Assembly: GCF_963921235.1 (NCBI RefSeq)
Contig: NC_086101.1
Location: 1,922,001 to 1,986,000, forward strand
Origin: Mobula hypostoma
Taxonomy: Eukaryota
DNA: 64,000 nt
Direction: 5' to 3'
The number at the start of each line of letters is the position of its first letter. Positions within the stretch are counted from its first letter, which is position 1. The translations under genes were made by a program, and so were the position numbers. The notes beneath the pieces are model-generated. The model was given only the letters and a program-made list of their open reading frames with translations. It did no database searches and was not told the DNA's origin. Of this stretch, positions 50,601 to 64,000 are shown in pieces.

Positions 50601-53600
50601 ACAACATCACCCATCACCCCATCACCCCCACTGGCACAACATCACCCATCACCCCTACTGGCACAACATCACCCATCACCCCATCACCCCTACTGGCACA
50701 TCACCCATCACCCCATCACCCCCACTGGCACAACATCACCCATCACCCCTACTGGCACAACATCACCCATCACCCATCACCCCTACTGGCACAACATCAC
50801 CCATCACCCCATCACCCCCACTGGCACAACATCACCCATCACCCCTACTGGCACAACATCACCCATCACCCCATCACCCCTACTGGCACATCACCCATCA
50901 CCCCATCACCCCTACTGGCACAACATCACCCATCATCACCCCATCACCCCCACTGGCACAACATCACCCATCATCACCCCCACTGGCACAACATCACCCA
51001 TCATCACCCCATCACCCCCACTGGCACAACATCACCCCATCACCCCTACTGGCACAACATCACCCATCACCCCATCACCCCTACTGGCACAACATCACCC
51101 CATCACCCCTACTGGCACAACATCACCCATCATCACCCCATTACCCCCACTGGCACAACATCACCCATCATCACCCCCACTGGCACAACATCACCCATCA
51201 TCACCCCATCACCCCTACTGGCACAACATCACCCATCACCCCATCACCCCCACTGGCACAACATCACCCATCACCCCTACTGGCACAACATCACCCATCA
51301 CCCCATCACCCCCACTGGCACAACATCACCCCATCACCCCATCACCCCTACTGGCACAACATCACCCATCACCCCATCACCCCCACTGGCACAACATCAC
51401 CCATCATCACCCCATCACCCCTACTGGCACAACATCACCCATCACCCATCACCCCTACTGGCACAACATCACCCATCACCCCATCACCCCCACTGGCACA
51501 ACATCACCCATCACCCCTACTGGCACAACATCACCCATCACCCCATCACCCCTACTGGCACAACATCACCCCATCACCCCCACTGGCACAACATCACCCA
51601 TCATCACCCCATCACCCCTACTGGCACAACATCACCCATCACCCCCACTGGCACAACATCACCCATCACCCCATCACCCCTACTGGCACAACATCACCCA
51701 TCGCCCCATCACCCCATCACCCCTACTGGCACAACATCACCCATCACCCCTACTGGCACAACATCACCCATCACCCCATCACCCCCACTGGCACAACATC
51801 ACCCCATTAGCCATCACCCCTACTGGCACAACATCACCCATCACCCATCACCCCCACTGGCACAACATCACCCATCATCACCCCATCACCCCTACTGGCA
51901 CAACATCACCCATCACCCATCACCCCTACTGGCACAACATCACCCATCACCCCATCACCCCCACTGGCACAACATCACCCATCACCCCATCACCCCTACT
52001 GGCACAAACATCACCCCATCACCCCCACTGGCACAACATCACCCATCATCACCCCATCACCCCTACTGGCACAACATCACCCATCACCCCATCACCCCCA
52101 CTGGCACAACATCACCCCATCACCCCCACTGGCACAACATCACCCATCACCCCATCACCCCTACTGGCACAACATCACCCCATCACCCCCACTGGCACAA
52201 CATCACCCATCACCCCATCACCCCTACTGGCACAACATCACCCATCACCCCATCACCCCTACTGGCACAACATCACCCATCACCCCCACTGGCACAACAT
52301 CACCCCAACACCCCATCACCCCTACTGGCACAACATCACCCATCACCCCATCACCCCCACTGGCACAACATCACCCATCATCACCTCATCACCCCTACTG
52401 GCACAACATCACCCATCACCCCATCACCCCCACTGGCACAACATCACCCATCACCCCATCACCCCCACTGGCACAACATCACCCATCATCACCTCATCAC
52501 CCCTACTGGCACAACATCACCCATCACCCCATCACCCCCACTGGCACAACATTACCCCATCACCCATCACCCCCACTGGCACATCATCACCCCATCACCC
52601 CTACTGGCACAACATCACCCCATCATCACCCCATCACCCCTACTGGCACAACATCACCCCATCACCCCATCACCCCTACTGGCACAACATCACCCATCAC
52701 CCCTACTGGCACAACATCACCCATCATCACCCCATCACCCCCACTGGCACAACATCACCCATCACCCCCACTGGCACAACATCACCCATCATCACCCCAT
52801 CACCCCTACTGGCACAACATCACCCATCACCCCATCACCCCTACTGGCACAACATCACCCATCACCCCTACTGGCACAACATCACCCATCACCCCATCAC
52901 CCCCACTGGCACAACATCACCCCATCACCCATCACCCCTACTGGCACAACATCACCCCATCACCCCATCACCCCCACTGGCACAACATCACCCATCATCA
53001 CCCCATCACCCCTACTGGCACAACATCACCCATCACCCCATCACCCCTACTGGCACAACATCACCCATCACCCCATCACCCCCACTGGCACAACATCACC
53101 CATCACCCCTACTGGCACAACATCACCCATCACCCCATCACCCCTACTGGCACAACATCACCCATCACCCCATCACCCCTACTGGCACAACATCACCCAT
53201 CACCCCATCACCCCTACTGGCACAACATCACCCCATCACCCCCACTGGCACAACATCACCCATCATCACCCCATCACCCCTACTGGCACAACATCACCCC
53301 ATCACCCCTACTGGCACAACATCACCCATCACCCCATCACCCCTACTGGCACAACATCACCCCATCACCCCTACTGGCACAACATCACCCATCACCCCCA
53401 CTGGCACAACATCACCCATCATCACCCCATCACCCCCACTGGCACAACATCACCCATCACCCCACCACCCCCACTGGCACAACATCACCCATCATCACCC
53501 CATCACCCCTACTGGCACAACATCACCCATCACCCCATCACCCCCACTGGCACAACATCACCCATCACCCCACCACCCCCACTGGCACAACATCACCCAT

Positions 53601-56600
53601 CATCACCTCATCACCCCTACTGGCACAACATCACCCATCACCCCATCACCCCTACTGGCACAACATCTCCCCATCACCCCCACTGGCACAACATCACCCA
53701 TCATCACCCCATCACCCCTACTGGCACAACATCACCCATCACCCCATCACCCCCACTGGCACAACATCACCCATCACCCCTACTGGCACAACATCACCCA
53801 TCACCCCATCACCCCTACTGGCACAACATCACCCATCACCCCATCACCCCCACTGGCACATCATCACCCCATCACCCCTACTGGCACAACATCACCCATC
53901 ACCCCATCACCCCTACTGGCACACATCACCCCATCACCCCCACTGGCACAACATCACCCATCACCCCTACTGGCACAACATCACCCATCACCCATCACCC
54001 CTACTGGCACAACATCACCCATCACCCCATCACCCCCACTGGCACAACATCACCCATCACCCCTACTGGCACAACATCACCCATCACCCCATCACCCCTA
54101 CTGGCACAACATCACCCCATCACCCCTACTGGCACAACATCACCCATCATCACCCCATCACCCCTACTGGCACAACATCACCCATCACCCATCACCCCTA
54201 CTGGCACAACATCACCCATCACCCCATCACCCCCACTGGCACAACATCACCCATCACCCCTACTGGCACAACATCACCCATCATCACCCCATCACCCCTA
54301 CTGGCACAACATCACCCCATCACCCCACCACCCCTACTGGCACATCACCCATCATCACCCCATCACCCCTACTGGCACAACATCACCCATCACCCCATCA
54401 CCCCCACTGGCACAACATCACCCATCATCACCCCATCACCCCTACTGGCACAACATCACCCATCACCCCATCACCCCCACTGGCACAACATCACCCATCA
54501 CCCCATCACCCCCACTGGCACAACATCACCCATCACCCCATCACCCCTACTGGCACAACATCACCCCATCACCCCATCACCCCTACTGGCACAACATCAC
54601 CCCATCACCCCCACTGGCACAACATCACCCATCATCACCCCATCACCCCTACTGGCACAACATCACCCATCACCCCATCACCCCTACTGGCACAACATCA
54701 CCCATCACCCCATCACCCCCACTGGCACAACATCACCCATCACCCCTACTGGCACAACATCACCCATCACCCCATCACCCCTACTGGCACAACATCACCC
54801 CATCACCCCTACTGGCACAACATCACCCATCATCACCCCATCACCCCTACTGGCACAACATCACCCATCACCCCTACTGGCACAACATCACCCATCACCC
54901 CATCACCCCTACTGGCACATCACCCCATCACCCCATCACCCCTACTGGCACAACATCACCCATCACCCCATCACCCCTACTGGCACAACATCACCCATCA
55001 CCCCCACTGGCACAACATCACCCATCATCACCCCATCACCCCTACTGGCACAACATCACCCATCACCCCATCACCCCCACTGGCACAACATCACCCATCA
55101 TCACCCCATCACCCCTACTGGCACAACATCACCCATCACCCCATCACCCCCACTGGCACAACATCACCCATCACCCCATCACCCCCACTGGCACAACATC
55201 ACCCATCATCACCTCATCACCCCTACTGGCACAACATCACCCATCACCCCATCACCCCTACTGGCACAACATCACCCATCACCCCATCACCCCTACTGGC
55301 ACAACATCACCCATCACCCCCACTGGCACAACATCACCCATCATCACCCATCACCCCTACTGGCACAACATCACCCATCACCCCATCACCCCCACTGGCA
55401 CAACATCACCCATCACCCCATCACCCCTACTGGCACAACATCACCCCATCACCCCTACTGGCACAACATCACCCATCACCCATCACCCCTACTGGCACAA
55501 CATCACCCATCACCCCTACTGGCACAACATCACCCATCATCACCCCATCACCCCTACTGGCACAACATCACCCATCACCCCATCACCCCTACTGGCACAA
55601 CATCACCCATCACCCATCACCCCTACTGGCACAACATCACCCATCACCCCATCACCCCCACTGGCACATCACCCCATCACCCCATCACCCCCACTGGCAC
55701 AACATCACCCATCACCCCATCACCCCTACTGGCACATCACCCATCACCCCATCACCCCTACTGGCACAACATCACCCCATCACCCCCACTGGCACAACAT
55801 CACCCATCATCACCCCATCACCCCTACTGGCACAACATCACCCCATCACCCCATCACCCCCACTGGCACAACATCACCCATCACCCCATCACCCCCACTG
55901 GCACAACATCACCCATCATCACCCATCACCCCTACTGGCACAACATCACCCATCACCCCTACTGGCACAACATCACCCATCACCCCATCACCCCTACTGG
56001 CACAACATCACCCATCACCCCTACTGGCACAACATCACCCATCACCCCCACTGGCACAACATCACCCATCATCACCCCATCACCCCTACTGGCACAACAT
56101 CACCCATCACCCCATCACCCCATCACCCCTACTGGCACAACATCACCCATCACCCCATCACCCCTACTGGCACAACATCACCCATCACCCCATCACCCCT
56201 ACTGGCACAACATCACCCATCACCCCATCACCCCTACTGGCACAACATCACCCATCACCCCCACTGGCACAACATCACCCATCACCCCTACTGGCACAAC
56301 ATCACCCATCACCCCATCACCCCTACTGGCACAACATCACCCATCACCCCATCACCCCTACTGGCACAACATCACCCATCACCCCTACTGGCACAACATC
56401 ACCCATCACCCCATCACCCCTACTGGCACAACATCACCCATCACCCCATCACCCCTACTGGCACAACATCACCCATCACCCCATCACCCCTACTGGCACA
56501 ACATCACCCATCATCACCCCATCACCCCTACTGGCACAACATCACCCATCACCCCATCACCCCTACTGGCACAACATCACCCATCACCCCTACTGGCACA

Positions 56601-59600
56601 ACATCACCCATCACCCCATCACCCCCACTGGCACAACATCACCCATCACCCCATCACCCCTACTGGCACAACATCACCCATCACCCCATCACCCCTACTG
56701 GCACATCACCCATCACCCCTACTGGCACAACATCACCCATCACCCCTACTGGCACAACATCACCCATCACCCCATCACCCCCACTGGCACAACATTACCC
56801 CATCACCCCATCACCCCTACTGGCACAACATCACCCCATCACCCCTACTGGCACAACATCACCCATCATCACCCCATCACCCCTACTGGCACAACATCAC
56901 CCATCACCCCATCACCCCTACTGGCACAACATCACCCATCACCCCATCACCCCCACTGGCACAACATCACCCATCACCCCTACTGGACACATCACCCATC
57001 ACCCCATCACCCCTACTGGCACATCACCCCATCACCCCATCACCCCTACTGGCACAACATCACCCATCATCACCCCATCACCCCTACTGGCACAACATCA
57101 CCCATCACCCCATCACCCCTACTGGCACAACATCACCCCATCACCCCTACTGGCACAACATCACCCATCATCACCCCATCACCCCTACTGGCACAACATC
57201 ACCCCATCACCCCCACTGGCACAACATCACCCATCACCCCATCACCCCTACTGGCACAACATCACCCCATCACCCCATCACCCCTACTGGCACAACATCA
57301 CCCATCACCCCCACTGGCACAACATCACCCATCATCACCCCATCACCCCTACTGGCACAACATCACCCATCACCCCATCACCCCTACTGGCACAACATCA
57401 CCCATCATCACCCCATCACCCCTACTGGCACAACATCACCCATCACCCCTACTGGCACAACATCACCCCATCACCCCTACTGGCACAACATCACCCATCA
57501 CCCCATCACCCCTACTGGCACAACATCACCCATCACCCCATCACCCCTACTGGCACAACATCACCCATCACCCCATCACCCCTACTGGCACAACATCACC
57601 CATCACCCCATCACCCCTACTGGCACAACATCACCCATCATCACCCCATCACCCCTACTGGCACAACATCACCCATCACCCCATCACCCCTACTGGCACA
57701 ACATCACCCATCATCACCCCATCACCCCTACTGGCACAACATCACCCATCACCCCATCACCCCCACTGGCACAACATCACCCATCACCCCATCACCCCTA
57801 CTGGCACAACATCACCCATCACCCCATCACCCCTACTGGCACAACATCACCCATCACCCCATCACCCCATCACCCCTACTGGCACAACATCACCCATCAC
57901 CCCTACTGGCACAACATCACCCATCACCCCATCACTGGCACAACATCACCCCATCACCCATCACCCCTACTGGCACAACATCACCCATCACCCCATCACC
58001 CCTACTGGCACAACATCACCCCATCACCCCATCACCCCTACTGGCACAACATCACCCATCACCCCATCACCCCTACTGGCACAACATCACCCATCACCCC
58101 ATCACCCCTACTGGCACAACATCACCCATCACCCCATCACCCCTACTGGCACAACATCACCCCATCACCCCTACTGGCACAACATCACCCATCACCCCAT
58201 CACCCCTACTGGCACATCATCACCCATCACCCCATCACCCCCACTGGCACAACATCACCCCATCACCCCTACTGGCACAACATCACCCATCATCACCCCA
58301 TCACCCCTACTGGCACAACATCACCCCATCACCCCCACTGGCACAACATCACCCATCACCCCATCACCCCTACTGGCACAACATCACCCATCACCCCATC
58401 ACCCCTACTGGCACAACATCACCCATCACCCCCACTGGCACAACATCACCCATCATCACCCCATCACCCCTACTGGCACAACATCACCCATCACCCCATC
58501 ACCCCTACTGGCACAACATCACCCATCATCACCCCATCACCCCTACTGGCACAACATCACCCATCACCCCATCACCCCTACTGGCACAACATCACCCATC
58601 ACCCCATCACCCCTACTGGCACAACATCACCCATCATCACCCATCACCCCTACTGGCACAACATCACCCATCACCCCATCACCCCTACTGGCACAACATC
58701 ACCCATCACCCTCATGGCACCCATCACGCACCATCACCCATCACCCCTACTGGCACAACATCACCCATCATCACCCCATCACCCCTACTGGCACAACATC
58801 ACCCATCATCACCCATCACCCCTACTGGCACAACATCACCCATCACCCCTACTGGCACAACATCACCCATCATCACCCCATCACCCCTACTGGCACAACA
58901 TCACCCATCACCCCATCACCCCTACTGGCACAACATCACCCATCATCACCCCATCACCCCTACTGGCACAACATCACCCATCACCCCATCACCCCTACTG
59001 GCACAACATCACCCATCACCCCTACTGGCACAACATCACCCATCACCCCATCACCCCTACTGGCACAACATCACCCCATCACCCATCACCCCTACTGGCA
59101 CAACATCACCCATCACCCCATCACCCCTACTGGCACAACATCACCCATCATCACCCCATCACCCCTACTGGCACAACATCACCCATCACCCCATCACCCC
59201 TACTGGCACAACATCACCCATCACCCCATCACCCCTACTGGCACAACATCACCCATCACCCCTACTGGCACAACATCACCCATCACCCCATCACCCCTAC
59301 TGGCACAACATCACCCATCACCCCATCACCCCTACTGGCACAACATCACCCATCACCCCATCACCCCCACTGGCACAACATCACCCCATCACCCCCACTG
59401 GCACAACATCACCCATCATCACCCCATCACCCCTACTGGCACAACATCACCCCATCACCCCCACTGGCACAACATCACCCATCACCCCATCACCCCTACT
59501 GGCACATCACCCATCACCCCATCACCCCTACTGGCACAACATCACCCATCACCCCTACTGGCACAACATCACCCATCATCACCCCATCACCCCTACTGGC

Positions 59601-62600
59601 ACAACATCACCCATCACCCCATCACCCCTACTGGCACAACATCACCCATCATCACCCCATCACCCCTACTGGCACAACATCACCCATCACCCATCACCCC
59701 CACTGGCACAACATCACCCATCACCCCATCACCCCTACTGGCACAACATCACCCATCATCACCCCATCACCCCTACTGGCACAACATCACCCATCACCCC
59801 ATCACCCCTACTGGCACAACAACCCCATCACCCCATCACCCCTACTGGCACAACATCACCCATCATCACCCCATCACCCCTACTGGCACAACATCACCCA
59901 TCATCACCCATCACCCCTACTGGCACAACATCACCCATCACCCCTACTGGCACAACATCACCCATCATCACCCCATCACCCCTACTGGCACAACATCACC
60001 CATCACCCCATCACCCCTACTGGCACAACATCACCCATCACCCCTACTGGCACAACATCACCCCATCACCCCATCACCCCTACTGGCACAACATCACCCA
60101 TCACCCCATCACCCCTACTGGCACAACATCACCCATCACCCCTACTGGCACAACATCACCCATCACCCCATCACCCCTACTGGCACAACATCACCCATCA
60201 CCCCATCACCCCCACTGGCACAACATCACCCATCACCCATCACCCCTACTGGCACAAACCCATCACCCCACCTGGCACACATCACCCATCACCCCATCAC
60301 CCCTACTGGCACAACATCACCCCATCACACCCCTACTGGCACAACATCACCCATCACCCCATCACCCCTACTGGCACACCCATCACCCCTACTGGCACAA
60401 CATCACCCCATCACCCCATCACCCCTACTGGCACAACATCACCCATCACCCCATCACCCCTACTGGCACAACATCACCCATCACCCCATCACCCCTACTG
60501 GCACAACATTCACCCATCACCCCATCACCCCTACTGGCACAACATCACCCATCATCACCCCATCACCCCTACTGGCACAACATCACCCCATCACCCCCAC
60601 TGGCACAACATCACCCATCATCACCCCATCACCCCTACTGGCACAACATCACCCATCACCCCATCACCCCTACTGGCACAACATCACCCATCACCCCATC
60701 ACCCCTACTGGCACAACATCACCCATCACCCCATCACCCCTACTGGCACAACATCACCCCATCACCCCATCACCCCTACTGGCACAACATCACCCATCAC
60801 CCCATCACCCCTACTGGCACAACATCACCCATCACCCCATCACCCCTACTGGCACAACATCACCCATCACCCCATCACCCCCACTGGCACACATCACCCA
60901 TCACCCCATCACCCCCACTGGCACAACATCACCCATCACCCCTACTGGCACAACATCACCCATCACCCCATCACCCCTACTGGCACAACATCACCCCATC
61001 ACCCCTACTGGCACAACATCACCCCCATCACCCCATCACCCCTACTGGCACAACATCACCCCATCACCCCCACTGGCACAACATCACCCATCACCCCATC
61101 ACCCCTACTGGCACAACATCACCCATCACCCCATCACCCCTACTGGCACAACATCACCCCATCACCCCTACTGGCACAACATCACCCATCACCCCTACTG
61201 GCACAACATCACCCATCACCCCATCACCCCTACTGGCACAACATCACCCCATCACCCCATCACCCCTACTGGCACAACATCACCCATCACCCCCACTGGC
61301 ACAACATCACCCATCATCACCCCATCACCCCTACTGGCACAACATCACCCATCACCCATCACCCCTACTGGCACAACATCACCCATCACCCCATCACCCC
61401 TACTGGCACAACATCACCCATCACCCCTACTGGCACAACATCACCCATCACCCCATCACCCCTACTGGCACAACATCACCCCATCACCCCCACTGGCACA
61501 ACATCACCCATCACCCCATCACCCCTACTGGCACAACATCACCCATCACCCCCACTGGCACAACATCACCCATCACCCCATCACCCCTACTGGCACAACA
61601 TCACCCATCACCCCATCACCCCTACTGGCACAACATCACCCATCACCCCCACTGGCACAACATCACCCATCATCACCCCATCACCCCTACTGGCACAACA
61701 TCACCCATCACCCCATCACCCCTACTGGCACAACATCACCCATCATCACCCCATCACCCCTACTGGCACAACATCACCCATCACCCCATCACCCCCACTG
61801 GCACAACATCACCCATCACCCCATCACCCCTACTGGCACAACATCACCCATCACCCTCATCACCCCTACTGGCACAACATCACCCATCACCCCATCACCC
61901 CCACTGGCACAACATCACCCATCACCCCATCACCCCTACTGGCACAACATCACCCATCACCCCTACTGGCACAACATCACCCATCACCCCACACACATCA
62001 CCCCATCACCCCTACTGGCACAACATCACCCATCACCCCATCACCCCTACTGGCACAACATCACCCATCACCCATCACCCCTACTGGCACAACATCACCC
62101 ATCACCCCATCACCCCTACTGGCACAACATCACCCATCACCCCATCACCCCTACTGGCACAACATCACCCATCACCCCTACTGGCACAACATCACCCATC
62201 ATCACCCCATCACCCCTACTGGCACAACATCACCCATCACCCCATCACCCCTACTGGCACAACATCACCCCATCACCCCTACTGGCACAACATCACCCCA
62301 TCACCCATCACCCCTACTGGCACAACATCACCCATCACCCCATCACCCCTACTGGCACAACATCACCCATCACCCCATCACCCCTACTGGCACAAAATCA
62401 CCCCATCACCCCCACTGGCACAACATCACCCCATCACCCATCACCCCTACTGGCACAACATCACCCCATCACCCCACCACCCCTACTGGCACATCACCCA
62501 TCATCACCCCATCACCCCTACTGGCACAACATCACCCATCATCACCCCATCACCCCTACTGGCACAACATCACCCATCATCACCCCACTGGCACACATCA

Positions 62601-64000
62601 CCCATCACCCCATACTGGCACAACATCACCCATCATCCCCTACTGGCACAACATCACATCACCCCATCACCCCACTGGCACAACATCACCCATCACCCCA
62701 TCACCCCTACTGGCACAACATCACCCATCACCCCATCACCCCTACTCATCACCCCATCATCACCCCTACTGGCACCATCACTGCACCATCACCCTCATCA
62801 CCCACACACCCACACCCCATCACCCTACTGGCACAACATCACCCATCACCCCCACTGGCACAACATCACCCCCATCACCCCATCACCCCTACTGGCACAA
62901 CATCACCCATCACTCCTACTGGCACAACATCACCCATCACCCCTACTGGCACAACATCACCCCCACTGGCACAACATCACCCATCACCCCATCACGCCTA
63001 CTGGCACAACATCACCCATCACCTCATCACCCCTACTGGCACAACATCACCCATCACCCCCTACTGGCACAACATCACCCATCACCGCATCACCCCTACT
63101 GGCACAACATCACCCATCACCCCATCACCCCTACTGGCACAACATCACCCATCATCACCCCATCACCCCTACTGGCACAACATCACCCATCACCCCATCA
63201 CCCCTACTGGCACAACATCACCCATCACCCCATCACCCCTACTGGCACAACATCACCCATCACCCCATCACCCCTACTGGCACAACATCACCCATCACCC
63301 CATCACCCCTACTGGCACAACATCACCCATCACCCATCACCCCTACTGGCACAACATCACCCATCACCCCATCACCCCTACTGGCACAACATCACCCATC
63401 ACCCCTACTGGCACAACATCACCCATCACCCATCACCCCTACTGGCACAACATCACCCATCACCCCATCACCCCTACTGGCACAACATCACCCATCACCC
63501 ATCACCCCTACTGGCACAACATCACCCATCACCCCATCACCCCTACTGGCACAACATCACCCATCACCCCATCACCCCTACTGGCACAACATCACCCATC
63601 ACCCCATCACCCCTACTGGCACAACATCACCCCATCACCCCATCACCCCTACTGGCACAACATCACCCATCACCCCATCACCCCTACTGGCACAACATCA
63701 CCCATCACCCATCACCCCTACTGGCACAACATCACCCATCACCCCATCACCCCTACTGGCACAACATCACCCATCACCCCATCACCCCTACTGGCACAAC
63801 ATCACCCCATCACCCATCACCCCATCACCCCATCACCCATCACCCCATCACCCCTACTGGCACAACATCACCCATCACCCCATCACCACTACTGGCCAAC
63901 ATCACCCCATCACCCCTACTGGCACATCACCCATCACCCCATCACCCCTACTGGCACAACATCACCCATCACCCATCACCCCTACTGGCACAACATCACC
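41613..64000 (+). repeat. Minisatellite array 5, C/A-rich, over 22 kb and truncated by the window end. Core CACCCC(T/C)ACTGGCACAACAT (20 bp) plus variable CACCCAT, CAT and CACCCCAT modules (27, 28, 34, 35 and 38 bp units)
   Basis: Read directly. It lies in the intron upstream of the 41401 exon of the minus-strand gene. Confidence 0.98.

Noticed and set aside
1..64000. Telomeric repeat or rRNA/tRNA genes
   Set aside because: No (TTAGGG)n tract and no recognisable structural RNA gene were seen. A subtelomeric or microchromosomal location is plausible but cannot be shown from this window.

Overview
Eukaryotic (vertebrate) genomic DNA, about 91% tandem repeat. The interspersed-repeat types suggest a cartilaginous fish, probably a ray; this is inference from recall, not a search result. 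Five different arrays dominate: 1-16.9 kb (28-36 bp unit), 20.7-21.5 kb (17/51 bp), 21.8-26.3 kb (39/40 bp), 26.7-40.5 kb (strict 36 bp) and 41.6 kb to the window end (modular 27-38 bp). All giant ORFs in the track are translations of these arrays. The roughly 5.5 kb of non-array DNA holds decayed Rex1/Babar and CR1 LINE fragments, probable LTR and DNA-transposon remnants, and the last two coding exons of a minus-strand WD40-repeat gene. Those exons are 41401-41189 (71 codons) and 26585-26469 (38 codons plus TAG, not in the ORF track), joined in phase 0 by a canonical 14.6-kb GT-AG intron that is almost entirely the 36-bp array. I see no prokaryote-type system such as CRISPR.
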